A stretch of DNA of 63,411 nucleotides, the filler included, from Octopus bimaculoides (lineage: Eukaryota): NCBI RefSeq assembly GCF_001194135.2. It is 7 parts of 7 records of this genome, joined end to end, with 100 filler letters (N's around TTAATTAATTAA, not from the genome) between each part and the next. Parts side by side here need not be neighbours in the genome. Positions count along the whole stretch, not along the records: positions 1 to 30,203 come from NC_068995.1; 6 more parts are not named here. One strand, 5' to 3'. A program made the position numbers and the translations under genes. This document shows, piece after piece, positions 1-13,759 of the stretch. The notes below the pieces were generated by a model, which saw only the letters and a program-made list of their open reading frames with translations, was not told the origin of the DNA and did not search any database. How positions within the stretch are numbered: the first letter of the stretch is position 1; every line of letters starts with the position of its first letter.

Positions 1-769
1 GGTGGCGCTCTCTGTTTACATGGTAGCAAAGGTAAATTAATGGCTAATGGCCATTGCTACCCCTACCCCACCACAACCATGGCCACCACCACCACCACCA
101 CCACCATCACATATCAATTTATTACTGCAGCAAGCTGTGTTATAACACAATTCCACACATCACACACACACACACACACACACACACACCGGCCACTACT
201 ACCACCATCACCACCACATACACTCACCCACCCATACATGCTGTTATGCATAATGTTGCAGGTGCTTGTTTTAACATCTGTAATTAGATTTGCCAGATAA
301 GAAAACCAAGAAATTAAGCTGATATACAAATCACACAGCATTTCACATCACACCTTCCTGCAGAGTCTGCATGCCAAAGCAGAACCGTTCTTAACGCATT
401 TACTATTTTCCCAACATTGGAATGGAAACATCTGAGAGTGTTGAGTGGCATGGGTGGAAAGGGGTGATGGTGATCGAGAGATCTAAAACAGCTGCTAGTG
501 AATTAATGACTAATACTTTTAATATTTTAAAATTTTGTGGAGAACATGTTAATAATACGACTAATTAAGTTTGGAAGAAGTGAGGAAGTGTGTTGTCATA
601 CTACCAATCCAGGGATCTTGAGATCAAATTCCCAACAAGGTGCAGGCATGGGTAAGTGGTTAAGAAACTCACTTTGAAACCATGTGGTTTTCGGTTCCGT
701 CTTACAGCATGGAATCAAGGGCAATTATCTTCTTCTATAGCCCTGGGCCAATTCATAAAGTAAAGCAAA

Positions 770-1004
770 ATTACTTCCCCAAGTCATGCTGACAAACAAG
801 GGTCAATTTTTCTGGTTTCATGGCATATAAATTCTCCACTTGGACGTGATGCTGGCCCATTGCAGGATTACTTCTTTTTACAAGCTGGAGCAATGTGAAA
901 TGAAGTGTTTTTGTTCAAAAACACATGTTGCCTGGTCCAGGAATCGAAACCACAATCTTATGATCATGAGTCCAACACCCTAACTGCTAAGCCAGGCATC
1001 TCCA
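770..1004 (-). mobile_element. tRNA-headed SINE (working family D), decayed copy
   Basis: Reverse complement starts with an A-box/B-box-like head (tggcttagcagttagggtgttgg...ggtttcgattcct), then a body containing gtaatcctgcaatgggccagcatcacgtcc. Homologous copies at about 1210-1452, 12095-12285, 31660-31990 and 48240-48330. Confidence 0.7.
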
Positions 1005-1209
1005 CTGTGGGCTGACTGATAACTTCTGAATAAATGTGATAGACAGAATTTGAATGGATGCCTGTTGTAAATATAAATATTTTGGTAACTTATTTGCCAA
1101 GCATTCAAAGAAGAGACTGTTGTGTTGTACTATCTGACACCACTATTCAATGGTATGGTGGACTCAATGGAGGATGCTCTCCCAGGGGCCTCGCAGGAAT
1201 AGCAGAAGT

Positions 1210-1452
1210 AAAGGTAATGTTTCCCTCTCTGGTCATACCAGCTCATAAGGGCTAGTTTCCGGGTTTCTGTGGCATATATATTCCCCACTTGGATGGGACC
1301 CGGTCCATCACAGGAGGATTACTCCCTTTTACCAGTTGAGTGAAATGAAGTATTTGGCTCAAGGGCACAATGCATTGCCCAGTCCAGGTATTGAAACCAC
1401 GATCTTACGATCATGAGTTTAATACTCCTAATGCGTAAATGATGCACCTCCA
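1210..1452 (-). mobile_element. tRNA-headed SINE (family D), second copy
   Basis: Colinear with 770-1004 (ccaggtattgaaaccacgatcttacgatcatgagt; ggtttctgtggcatatatattccccacttgga). Confidence 0.7.
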
Positions 1453-1831
1453 CTCACAGGGATAGTGGTTGGAAAAAATGGATGGATGGAGGAATGGATG
1501 GTGAAGCAAACATCGTTTTATTTTTCTGTTGTGCATCTCAGGGCATTGAGGACTGCCTCTCCTTGGGCAATTATAGTTCTTTCTAGAAAGCACTCATTTG
1601 GTAAGGTTCGAATGAAATGGTCCCAAAGAGAAATGCTAAATGACATCTACACACAATGCAAGTCAAATGTAATAATAACAACAACAACAAAAACAACAAC
1701 AACAAAAACAACAACAACAACAACAACAACTGTTATTGGAAAGATATTTTAAAATAATTTCAAAATGAAGACTGAAATAGGTGTGATAAATACAATATAG
1801 ATTGATCATGAATTATGTATACATGTGTGTG

Positions 1832-1919
<88 letters not shown>

Positions 1920-2849
1920 CGTGTGCATGTATGTGTGTGTCTATATACATATACACATATGAAGACATGTACACATTTATATCTATGCATATATATTAAT
2001 GGATACACAAGTACTTATGTATATATGTATATACGTATGTATACATATATATATGTATGTGTATGTATATGTATGTATATATATATATATTGCAAGATAA
2101 CAATTTCCCACAGAGATTGTGCCATTTTTGTAAAAAAAATAATGATGAATAAAGATTTTCAAATGTACCAAATAAACAACACAAAATTTAAATGCAAAAA
2201 GATAAAGCAGATATTAATGAGAAAATTTAATTATAAAAATAAAAGTAAGACAAGATTTATTTAGTAATAAAGACTTATAGAATGAATGATAGCTAAAGAA
2301 ACCATAAAATGACTTTACTGTGACAGATTTATGAGCCAATGAGAAAGATTTCATGCTCTCTAGGCTTGCTAGAAATTACAGCTAAACCTCCATCAAATCA
2401 CTTTTTGCCAGTATGCTCAATGTCTCACCAATAATGATTACACACTTCTCCGATGTAATATGAATGTAAAAATGTGTTGAAACAATTGTAGGGATTTTAA
2501 ATAAAGAATGTTATTAATTCTATTTTCTGTCATTTTTTATTTCATATAAAGATATATACATATTAATACATGTGGTGGTGCAAACAGGAAAAATGAGTAT
2601 ATGTATTTCATACACACAAAAAGTAGATAAATTGAATATTAAGTTGATATATATATCTTTAGAAAAAAAAGTTTAAAAAATGAAATAAAATAAAATGAAT
2701 AAAAGTAAAAAGTAATTAAAAAACAAAAGAACAATAACAACACCAACAACCACTTGGCGATATAGGTGGCTAAAGTTGAGATTGTAACGGAAAACTCAAG
2801 AGATATCAGAGTGTTTATGACAATAATGAGTATAACAATACTACGACTA

Positions 2850-2873
2850 CTAATAATAATGATGATGATGATG

Positions 2874-2931
<58 letters not shown>

Positions 2932-2972
2932 TGATGATGATGATGATGATGATGATAATAATAATAATGATA

Positions 2973-3003
<31 letters not shown>

Positions 3004-3008
3004 TAATG

Positions 3009-3042
<34 letters not shown>

Positions 3043-3075
3043 TGATAATGATAATAATAATGATGATGATGGATA
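2850..3075. repeat. Compound (AAT)n/(GAT)n microsatellite
   Basis: Directly visible; it produces the poly-I/M and poly-Y/H pseudo-ORFs. Confidence 0.95.
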
Positions 3076-3451
3076 TAATACACTAAATATTTTTATACAG
3101 AGCTACAAACAATACATTATTCTGCGGAATATAAAAAGAGGCAAGCATTATTACAAGATAACAATAGTTATGGGGTTAGCAATATTTTCGTTGTTGTTGT
3201 TGTTATTGTTGTTACTGGTGGTGGGGTGGATGGGGGAATATTTGTGTGGCACATTGTAGAAAATTGTACAATGCTACTACGATGGGTTTTTATTTTTTTT
3301 AGTTTTTATTTTTATTTTTGTTTGGAGGCTATAAAATTAGGAAAGGTTTTTAATAAAATTGTTTTCGGATTTTTGTAGGGTTGAATGTTTATTTAATGGT
3401 TCAGCAGGGACTAAGTCACAAAACTTTGATGCAAATATATACGTATGTACA

Positions 3452-3522
<71 letters not shown>

Positions 3523-3990
3523 CTATATATATTTAAAGAGAGACAGAGAGAGAAATGTATGTATGTATATATATATATACACACACATATACAAACATAC
3601 ATATATATATATACACACACACACACGCACATATATATATGTACACATGTATATATATATATACATATACAAATTATATATATGTGTATATATATATATG
3701 TACATGGCCATAGCATTACAGCTGAAACATAAAAGAATGTGTGTGTGTTTGTATGTGTGTGCATGTCTATGTATGTGCATGCATATATATATATATATAT
3801 ATATATATCATCATCATCATATATATATATATATAGGGAGAGATAGAGAGAGAGATACACACACGTGTTTGTGTATGAATAATTTATGAACCAACTCTTC
3901 AGTTTTGTTTTCATATATAAATGTGTGTGAGCCTGTGTGTATATATATATATGTATATGTATATATATATTTACACACATAGAGTGCAAA

Positions 3991-4050
<60 letters not shown>

Positions 4051-4378
4051 GTATGTATAATATATGCATGCATACACAAATACATACATCTATGTATAAA
4101 CGCATGTGGGCAGGTATGAGCGATTGCTTTTATGCTTAGTATATACGTATGTTCAAAATCACAGTGCAAATATATAACTAAATAAATTTAAAAAATAAAA
4201 GCAATAAGGAAAGAATAAATATTGAATTATATTGGAATATTATAGTGACTAAAAGGAAAATTAATATAGCCATATATAAATTCATATAAAGCTTTATATA
4301 AATTTAAAATAATATGACAAGCATTGTTGAATTGATGTGTCCTATTTTATGATCAATAAACAATTGACAATTTAAATT

Positions 4379-4605
4379 AAAAGAACTCAGTCATGGCTTT
4401 CAGACAATTTCTGTGACCACATCACCACTAACATCTGGCAAACTAACTTCCCCTTGATTATTATATGTGGGACACGGTTAAGCAAGAAACCAACAAAACT
4501 CCTTGTAACACTAAAGGTAACACGAAGGCAAGAATTATGGCAGCATTCACCAACTTAAACAAGGAGGCTGTCCAGAAGTGTTGCAGGAGATTCCGAAGTC
4601 ATCTG
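4379..4605 (+). pseudogene. Tc1/mariner-superfamily transposase C-terminal fragment (probably DD37D/maT-like)
   Basis: Translates KRTQSWLSDNFCDHITTNIW, frameshift, then PLDYYMWDTVKQETNKTPCNTKGNTKARIMAAFTNLNKEAVQKCCRRFRSHL. This matches the (SPDLN)PLDY..W / RRFRSRL C-terminus of these transposases. Confidence 0.75.
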
Positions 4606-4769
4606 ACTGAGTGTCACTTGGTTTTGTGAAAAACACGGCAATGATGACCAGTGTTATAACATATGTCAACAACACTGAAAACATGAAAATACATCATAGC
4701 ACTGAGCAGTTTAAAATAAAATAACTAAGCCAATGTTGCTAGACATTTCTTGGACTAAAATGTCATCTT

Positions 4770-4895
4770 GCTCGGAAACAAGTGATGGTTGGCAACAGGA
4801 AGAGCACCTGGCTGTAGGAAAATCATCTGACTTAGCTAATTCCATCCAACCCATGCAAGCATCAAAAAAGTGGATGTTAAGCAAACAATGATGAT
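4770..4895 (+). mobile_element. RTE-type 3' tail fragment (family C)
   Basis: gagcacctggctgtag...ccaacccatgcaagcat...gtggatgtta...gatgatga, same tail as 34760-34900. Confidence 0.6.
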
Positions 4896-5519
4896 GAACG
4901 AACATTACAAAAATTCTTTGAATAAAAAGCAAAAAATATTTACAAGCAATGCCAAACTGCCACCACCGTTCTTAATTCTTGTAGTTTCAGTAACTTTATG
5001 CAAAAAAAAAAACATTTAATAGAATAGATCATGCAAAAATGTAAACATAAAAAAAAATAATAAAACATAAAAAAAAAATTCATAAAAATCCCAATACAAT
5101 TTACCAAAAATAAATGAAAGATCATTTAACATTTTCCACCGACAGGTAGCAATTAATTTTATGTATACAATTAGTAAGAATTCTTCATTAGGAAGCAGAA
5201 ATTAAAGTGGGTAGTTATTCAAATGTAAAGTTGGCCACAAGTCAAAATCTTGAATGCAAAGAATGCTCTTTTTTATTTATCAATTATTATTATTATTATC
5301 ATTATTATTATCAATATTATTATTACTGTTTTGAACAGATATATTTTTAACTTGTTTTAATATATTTTTCATTTCATGTAGTATTTAATATCGTTGTTGC
5401 TATTGATGTTGTTACTGGTCTTATTGTTTCAGAAATAATAATTATTATTAAATCTTAAGTATTCATTATCATTTTTTTAATGAAAACGCATTTTATAAAT
5501 CCTCAGCTACAGCAGTTTC

Positions 5520-5520
5520 G

Positions 5521-5553
<33 letters not shown>

Positions 5554-5650
5554 CCATCGTCATCATCATCATCATTATCATCACCATCATCATCATCATC
5601 ATCATCATCACCGTCATCATCATCATCATCATCACCATCAGCATCATCAA
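5520..5650. repeat. Imperfect (CAT)n microsatellite
   Basis: Directly visible. Confidence 0.95.
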
Positions 5651-6223
5651 TTTCTGATTATTCCACATCTTTTGTTGAAATGTACTTTTAGGAAATTTTT
5701 CCCTTCAGGTAAATATATATATATATAAAGTTCGTTTTCTATGTTTTTGTTTTTTTATGTTCTCGTTTCTCATTCTGTCCACGTTTTTTTTTTTATGTCC
5801 TGTACCCATATATGCATGTATATATCCATATATATGTATGTATGTATGTACATATATGTATGTATATATGTATATATTTATATTATTATATGACCGAATG
5901 CCATGCATCATTTTCCAAGTAAGTTTTATCTATCTATCTATCTATCTATATATATATCCATATATATATATAAGATCNNNNNNNNNNNNNNNNNNNNNNN
6001 NNNNNNNNNNNNNNNNNNNNNNNNNNNNNNNNNNNNNNNNNNNNNNNNNNNNNNNNNNNNNNNNNNNNNNNNNNNNNNNNNNNNNNNNNNNNNNNNNNNN
6101 NNNNNNNNNNNNNNNNNNNNNNNNNNNNNNNNNNNNNNNNNNNNNNNNNNNNNNNNNNNNNNNNNNNNNNNNNNNNNNNNNNNNNNNNNNNNNNNNNNNN
6201 NNNNNNNNNNNNNNNNNNNNNNN

Positions 6224-6256
<33 letters not shown>

Positions 6257-6964
6257 ATATATATATATGAAGCCATGAGACTTTTCCCAAGACGTTTTAT
6301 GTTCAAAATGGAGACAAACACCATTCCTCCATACGATTGGCTTGAAAAATTGTTAAGATATTAAGATATCTTTCTTAACATGAAACCAATGGTAGCTTTA
6401 ATATGTAATTAAAGAAATTTTATCCACCAACGTGGTGTTGAGCACCGTATTGGTGGATAAATGATACTCGGCCAAGATGTAATGGGACTAAACACAAATC
6501 TGTGTGTTTGGAAGACTTTGTAGTCATGGTACCAAAAAATGACCTGGTATCAAAACTCTTGGAGTTCTTCAAGGCAAATAATCTATTTGTGACACAAACA
6601 TCAGTAAGACAGACAGACAGGCAGAACGAAACAGAGGCAGACAGATAGTCAGTCACCTGTCACTCAAATGGGGGATGAAATTCAAGTTGATTTTATTCTC
6701 AGTCGAAAATGAAATGAATAAATGGTTTATGTAAACATTATTTGTTTATTGTTGTGTTTCATATTTATGTCTGGTTTCAATTTGATAAGTGCTGCTGTTT
6801 AGCTGCAGGACAGGCCTGATCAAGCAGACGTACAATCAAAAATGAGATGACTTTCTAATTATTCTGCCAATCAACTTCTTTAGTAATTATAATGACTGTA
6901 TAACGCACACACACACACACACACACACATATTTGTCTGTACACATATATATGTGCGTATATAT

Positions 6965-6999
<35 letters not shown>

Positions 7000-7629
7000 N
7001 NNNNNNNNNNNNNNNNNNNNNNNNNNNNNNNNNNNNNNNNNNNNNNNNNNNNNNNNNNNNNNNNNNNNNNNNNNNNNNNNNNNNNNNNNNNNNNNNNNNN
7101 NNNNNNNNNNNNNNNNNNNNNNNNNNNNNNNNNNNNNNNNNNNNNNNNNNNNNNNNNNNNNNNNNNNNNNNNNNNNNNNNNNNNNNNNNNNNNNNNNNNN
7201 NNNNNNNNNNNNNNNNNNNNNNNNNNNNNNNNNNNNNNNNNNNNNNNNNNNNNNNNNNNNNNNNNNNNNNNNNNNNNNNNNNNNNNNNNNNNNNNNNNNN
7301 NNNNNNNNNNNNNNNNNNNNNNNNNNNNNNNNNNNNNNNNNNNNNNNNNNNNNNNNNNNNNNNNNNNNNNNNNNNNNNNNNNNNNNNNNNNNNNNNNNNN
7401 NNNNNNNNNNNNNNNNNNNNNNNNNNNNNNNNNNNNNNNNNNNNNNNNNNNNNNNNNNNNNNNNNNNNNNNNNNNNNNNNNNNNNNNNNNNNNNNNNNNN
7501 NNNNNNNNNNNNNNNNNNNNNNNNNNNNNNNNNNNNNNNNNNNNNNNNNNNNNNNNNNNNNNNNNNNNNNNNNNNNNNNNNNNNNNNNNNNNNNNNNNNN
7601 NNNNNNNNNNNNNNNNNNNNNNNNNNAGG

Positions 7630-7910
7630 GGGGCTGGTCACATGGTACTGGCAACGGCCACACACAAAAAGGTGTTTTTTACATTCCACCTGCACGGGAG
7701 CCAGTCCAGCGGCACTGGCAACGACCTCGCTCGAATGATTTTCTAAACGTGCCACCAGCACAAGTGCTAGGAGGCAACGCTGGTAACAATTACGCTCTAA
7801 TGGTGCTATTTATGGGTCACTAGCATGGAAGCCAGACAGCTGCTCTGGCAATGAACATGCTCGACAGTGCTGTTAGTGCTCCACTGGCACAGGTGCCAGT
7901 CAGCGAGTAT
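7630..7910 (-). mobile_element. Family C element internal segment
   Basis: ggtactggcaacggccac...gccagtccagcggcactggcaacgacctcgctcga is the reverse complement of the repeated blocks at 34480-34720. Confidence 0.7.
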
Positions 7911-8248
7911 GGTTCAATTATGATTTGTTATCTGTTATTTCCTTCATCAGGTGTCCTGTAATAATAATAACTATTGGTGTATACCTCTTGCACTGAAGAA
8001 AACAGTGATATGTAATTAATTTAAATTAATCAAATTAATTTTTAATTATTCTACCATGTTATTTACATGTTAATATCACTGTTTAAAATGATCATATGAA
8101 TGTATTAAAATTCTTTCAAATTTTAACATCTTCTCTTCTCCATTTTTAACATATTTGTTGAGTTTCTATGGGATACGTTTTCCATAAATTCTCATAAAAC
8201 ATCATATATATATATACATACATACATACATACATACATGCATGCATG

Positions 8249-8304
<56 letters not shown>

Positions 8305-8347
8305 NNNNNNNNNNNNNNNNNNNNNNNNNNNNNNNNNNNNNNNNNNN

Positions 8348-8388
<41 letters not shown>

Positions 8389-9907
8389 CATGCAATGGGC
8401 TTCTTTCAGTTTTTGTGTATCAAATCCACTCAGAAGGCTTTTGTCAGTCCAAAGCTATAGTAGCAGAGGTTCCATGCACTGAGACTGAACCTGGACTTTG
8501 TGGCTGGGAATCAAGTTTCTTGCCACACAGCCAGTAAGAAATTATATCTAAAGATGTTCCTGAAACACTAAGCAACATGTGAGGTAGGGTAATATTTACA
8601 TCTTGAAACATAGATTAAGCGTGGTACATATAAGTGTTCTTCCAGGATAGGACCCCAGTCTTTAGTCGGCAGGTAACTTACCACGGAAGATCTCTCAGTT
8701 GGAGTTTTTTAAAGTGAAAAGAATGGATTTGTCTCAATTTCATCGATAAGTATTCAGATGTTTTGATCACCTGTACTACCTGTTTCTTTAATTAGCATGT
8801 AAGTGGTTGCATATACCACATACATATGGATGCTTAATGTAATCTTTTGACAGAATCAACGCAACACACATAAATAGATACACACTCATATACATACATA
8901 TACATATACATACAAATATGCATACAATAACACATGCAAATGCACACACATAAACCCAAATACACACCTATACATACATACAAATATACACAAATTCAAC
9001 ATACCCGCATACAAGCATACATGCATACAGCCACATAAAAACATAGATATATATATACACTGACATAAAAGCATACATACGCAATCACATCCAAACACGT
9101 ATACAACCACATACAAGCATACACGCATGCACAGATACACATCCATACAGATGCACGCACACACTCACACACACATGCACGCACACACAAACGCACATAC
9201 ACAAAAAGACACACACACCTTCATGTACCAGCGTATACATNNNNNNNNNNNNNNNNNNNNNNNNNNNNNNNNNNNNNNNNNNNNNNNNNNNNNNNNNNNN
9301 NNNNNNNNNNNNNNNNNNNNNNNNNNNNNNNNNNNNNNNNNNNNNNNNNNNNNNNNNNNNNNNNNNNNNNNNNNNNNNNNNNNNNNNNNNNNNNNNNNNN
9401 NNNNNNNNNNNNNNNNNNNNNNNNNNNNNNNNNNNNNNNNNNNNNNNNNNNNNNNNNNNNNNNNNNNNNNNNNNNNNNNNNNNNNNNNNNNNNNNNNNNN
9501 NNNNNNNNNNNNNNNNNNNNNNNNNNNNNNNNNNNNNNNNNNNNNNNNNNNNNNNNNNNNNNNNNNNNNNNNNNNNNNNNNNNNNNNNNNNNNNNNNNNN
9601 NNNNNNAATAGTACTGGTGGTGGTGGTGGTGGTGGTGGTGGTGGTGGTGGTGGTCAGAGAAGGAAGAAGGGGAGGAAATGCGATTAGGCGATGGCAAGAG
9701 TAGGAGTGAGTTGATGTCCGTTTCTTTATTGTTCTCAAAGAGGAGAAACGGTGACGACCGTTCACCTTGAGATGACCACTCGTTCACACATCTAACGATT
9801 CTTGAAACACAGGTAATCAATAAGGTGGCTGTCGTTCATATATTTGACTTAACAAACTTTGTCCTTAATAATATTTCTTGAATCCAGCGCCTTGTTGACA
9901 ATGTTGT

Positions 9908-10460
9908 CATCATCATCATCATCATCATCACCATCATCTTCATTTAATGTCCAGTCTCCATGCTGGCATGGGTTGGATGGTTTGATATGGAGCTGACCAG
10001 CTGAGAGGAGTCCAGACTCCAACTGCCTGTTGTGGCATGGTTTCTACAGCTGGATGGTCTTCTTAATGCCCAACACTTAACAGAGTGTGCTGCGAGCTTT
10101 TTCTGTGCCACCAGCATAGGTGCATTTACACAGCAGTGGCACAGGTGCTTTTTAAGTGCCACCAGCATCTGAAAGGATGAACCTGTATGTGTGGAAGACA
10201 GAGGTTTTATTTAGCTTGAAATATTTTATCAAGTACAGCAAATCGCCACGTCTCCCAGTCCCTTGTCATTTCCTCAGCGAGGCCCAGTGTCTGAAGATCC
10301 TTTCTCACCACATTGTGCCACATTTTCCTGGATCTACCCCTTCCATAGGTACCCTCCACAATTAGAACTTGGCACTTCTTTATGCAGCTGTCCTCATCCA
10401 TATGCATCACATGACCAAATTGGTGCAGTCTTCTCTCTTGCACACAACTTCTGATGTTTC
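9908..10460 (-). mobile_element. 5'-truncated RTE-clade LINE (ORF C-terminus, 3' UTR, (GAT)n tail)
   Basis: Minus ORF 10207-10443 QERRLHQFGHVMHMDEDSCIKKCQVLIVEGTYGRGRSRKMWHNVVRKDLQTLGLAEEMTRDWETWRFAV fits the RTE C-terminal pattern RLRWFGHV.R...GRPR.TW...D...WR; followed by the family C tail and the CAT repeat at about 9908-9935. Confidence 0.85.
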
Positions 10461-10759
10461 TTTATGTTGTTGATATTGTTATTGTCTGGTCAGAGGTCAG
10501 TGTTAATCAGGCCAATTCAGATATAGTATATTGAGGTCTACAAAAAGAAAAACGGTAACCTTTACAGGTCATACTTACTCAGAAGCGCCAGTTTTTTGGT
10601 TTCATGGCAGAGATATTCGCCACATGGATGGGACAACGATCTGTCGCAGGATTCTCTTTTACTCTTTAACTTGTTTCAGTCATTTGACTGTGGCCATGCT
10701 GGAGCACTGCCTTTAGTCGATCAAATCGACCCCAGGACTTATTCTTTGTGAGCCTAGTA

Positions 10760-11010
10760 AAAATTTCCAAATTTTAATTAATTTGCTTGCAGGAAGGACT
10801 GCTCCAATGAAGTCGCATATTGTCCTTGCCTTCAAAGCACAGAGTAGATGGAGCAGGGACAACTGAAGAAGGGTAATATTCTTTATGTTGCATGTCTCGT
10901 TTCTCTCTTTTTTCATTGTTTGAAAAAAAGTTTGTTTTCTGTCATCATCTTTGTTTTCATTTCTCATTGTGTTTAACGTTTTTTGTGATGTCCTGTACCC
11001 ATATATGCTT
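10760..11010 (+). mobile_element. Penelope-like terminal-repeat-type fragment ending in tgtcctgtacccatatatgc
   Basis: Contains ctgaagaaggg, then a T-rich tract and a conserved end motif shared with 5795-5820, 20388-20408 and the reverse complement at 49870-49890. PLE assignment is from recollection of family motifs. Confidence 0.45.
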
Positions 11011-11619
11011 GTATGTATACATATAGATGTTGGTATGTACATATATGTATGGATATATGCATATAATTATATATCATTTATGTTATTATATATATATATA
11101 TATATATATATGGATTATACAGAGTTAGTTAGACAGACAGATAGATAGATAGGTTGATTAGTATGCATTACACAGTCATAATTATGACTATGTAGTGTAA
11201 AACATGTATATAAAATATGCATGTATAATAGTCTGTGTGTGTTCTGTGTCTGTGGGTGTGTCTGCATGCATGCGTGTGTGTGTGTGAGTGTGTGTGAGTG
11301 TGTGTGCACATGTGCAAAATAAAACATTCTAGTCTATTCTGTACTAAACAACATCGAACCATCAGAAAGTTGTACTTTTAAAAGTTGACCTCCTTCGGTT
11401 TTATTTTCAATCGTCTATTTGTGTAAATTTTACCGTCTTATACTTATCAATATCAATATATATACATGCATACATACATACATACACCACCCTCATATAT
11501 ACACATATCTACATATATGTGTGTGTGTATGTATATATGTATATATGCATGTGTGTGTGTATATATATACATATTCATATATATTATATGATATATGGTG
11601 TGTGTATATGTGACATATG

Positions 11620-11654
<35 letters not shown>

Positions 11655-12094
11655 GCATTGGTAGGTCTATCTATTTACTTATCTATCTTTGTACCTACTT
11701 ACCTTTATCTTTCTATTTATGAATGAGTTTACCTCTGTATCTATCATCCTACATGTACACAGATACACACATACACACACAAACAAATACACAGACAAGC
11801 CTGCACACATATACACACGCAAGTGTATACATTAGGAAAGTAGCTCGTCTTTTGTATTTTTTCCCCTCTGTTTTTTTGTTGGATTTTCCACTTCTCTTTC
11901 CTTATCTTCATTAATTATATTATGATTTCTATAAACTCTTTCAACTTTCTTTTATGCCATTTTTTAAAAATAATGAAAAAATTTCCTTATCACTTTCATT
12001 TCATGTTTACATGCGTGTCTTCATACATACATATAAATATCTAAGTGTGTGCATGCGCACGTGTGTGTGTGTGTGTGAGTGTGTGTGTGTGTGT

Positions 12095-12285
12095 AGGCAC
12101 ATGGCTTAGTGGTTAATATGTAGGACTGATAATCATAAAATTCTGGTTTTGATTTCTGCCCTGGGCAATGTATTTTATGTTTGGGCAAAACATTTCATTT
12201 GACATAACTTAAGTGCATTCAGCTGGGAAAAATGAGTAATCCTGTGACAGATCAGTGTCTCCGTCCAGCAAGAGAATATGTACGT
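12095..12285 (+). mobile_element. tRNA-headed SINE (family D)
   Basis: ggcacatggcttagtggttaa (A box), ggttttgatttctg (B box-like), then cagctgggaaaaatgagtaatcctgtgacaga. Confidence 0.65.
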
Positions 12286-12604
12286 GTGTGTGTGTGTGTG
12301 ATTTTTCGGACTAATGAGTATATGTCAGTTAGTGTGTTAAGTAAAGCACATCCACAGTTTGGGCTACCTGGTGTCATCCATGATTGGGATATATTTCCTT
12401 TGGACCTACACCAGGAATTAGCCAGTTTGTTCCCCCACCATTCTTGACAACCAATGTTGGTGTGTTTACATCCTCGAAACTCAGCAGCTTGGCAATAGAG
12501 ACCAATAGAATAAGTACTAGGCTTGCAAAGAATATATCCTGGGATCGATTAGTTCAACTAAAGTCAGTGCTACAGCATGGCCACAGGTGTGTCAGATCCT
12601 GGAA

Positions 12605-12755
12605 AAGAGGTGTATGCTCAACAGTGCATGATATAGTGCTTTGCTGGCCAACAAACTGAAGCCAGTAATTCATACCAAAAGTTTTGTTGTTGCATGACAA
12701 TGCATACCCACATGTGACTGCCCAGACCAGAGAAACCATTAACCAATTGTGCTAA
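12605..12755 (+). pseudogene. mariner transposase catalytic-domain fragment
   Basis: LLANKLKPVIHTK, deletion/frameshift, then VLLLHDNAYPHVTAQTRETINQL, containing the mariner HDNA.PH motif. Confidence 0.75.
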
Positions 12756-12839
12756 AAGCCTCCGATGAATTTCAGCCCCTGACACATCTTTCGACTAGAG
12801 AAATCGGATCACTGCTATTTTTGTTTCTTTGGTGCACAT
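12748..12839 (-). pseudogene. mariner transposase N-terminal fragment
   Basis: Minus strand MCTKETKIAVIRFL*SKDVSGAEIHRRLLAQ resembles the mariner N-terminal HTH start (R.VIRFL..EG...AEIHRRL). Confidence 0.65.
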
Positions 12840-13024
12840 TGCTTGTGGAGCAGCTATGCTCCAAAAAGAGAGAAAGTCAGAAAGAAAAATGGCGCGATCA
12901 GGTTCAAACTACGATTACATGACCACAATAGTACCAACTATAAGCACACATGTGCAGGTGGCAGTGTGACAATAATAAAGATATGTTATGGCGAAAATGT
13001 GGATAATTTTTGGCTTCTCCTCCT

Positions 13025-13235
13025 ATATAATCATCATCATCATTTAACGTCTGCTTTCCATGTTAGCATGGGTTGAACAATTAAACTGGGGGCTGGCGAA
13101 CCAGATGGCTACACCAAGCTCCAATCTGATCTGGCAGAGTTTCTACAGCTGGATGCCCTTCCTAACGCCAACCACTCCGAGAGTGTAGTGGGTGCTTTTT
13201 ACGTTCCACCGGCACAAGGGCCAGTCCGGCGTCAA
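13025..13235 (-). mobile_element. Family C element 3' part with (GAT)n tail
   Basis: catcatcatttaacgtctgctttccatgttagcatgggttg...ctacagctggatgcccttcctaacgccaaccactccgaga, reverse complement of 34700-34900. Confidence 0.85.
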
Positions 13236-13284
13236 TTTAAATAAACAATCAATTAAAAAAAATGAATAGTGAAATTAACAGACA

Positions 13285-13400
13285 ACAAGAGGACAGGCAC
13301 AAGAAACTTATTAGCTTGATGCTTGGTGAAAAGAGGGACTTTGACATTTCGAGTGTAGCTCTTCGTCGGAAAGGAGACAGGGAAAAGTCCAAAGAAGAAA
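13285..13400 (-). mobile_element. Penelope-like terminal fragment
   Basis: gactttgacatttcgagtgtagctcttcgtcgg is the reverse complement of a gaagagc..ctcgaaa(c)gt motif. Related copies at 15800-15935 (-) and 47370-47490 (+). Confidence 0.5.
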
Positions 13401-13708
13401 AAGAAATCACCAACAGTATGTGTGTGATTACACACACACACACAAATATACAAATACACACACACACACACACACACATAGAGAGAGAGAGAGACAGACA
13501 GACAGACACAGAGAAAGATCCAAAAATAATCTGGAACTTACTCAGAGGTTAGGTGTCAGAAATTATACTGAGTAGTTTTATCCTGTTTTCAATTCAACAC
13601 AGTACTTTTATGGATGAATTCTGTGTGGGTGTATGTGTGTGTGTATATAAATATACATATACATATATATATAAATTTATATAACTATACACATACATAT
13701 ATGACTAT

Positions 13709-13759
<51 letters not shown>

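Noticed and set aside
5476-5665. Minus-strand acidic peptide IDDADGDDD...DETAVAEDL* resembling an ER-retained acidic tail; plus-strand poly-Ser or poly-His alternatives
   Set aside because: Derived from a (CAT)n microsatellite; in-frame stop just upstream, purine-rich acceptor, no partner exon found.
6419-6461. 12-bp stem hairpin tttatccaccaa / ttggtggataaa
   Set aside because: Too short and isolated to distinguish from chance; no second copy or element boundary seen.
8646-8790. 27-nt plus-strand micro-exon candidate (8646-8672) overlapping a minus-strand GTAAGT donor at 8681
   Set aside because: Conflicting strands, no recognisable peptide, and such motifs are expected by chance in 63 kb.
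9608-9830. CpG-containing stretch with minus ORF ...CVNEWSSQGERSSPFLLF...SDHHHHHH
   Set aside because: Runs into a (GGT)n repeat and a gap, weak acceptor, no homology recognised.
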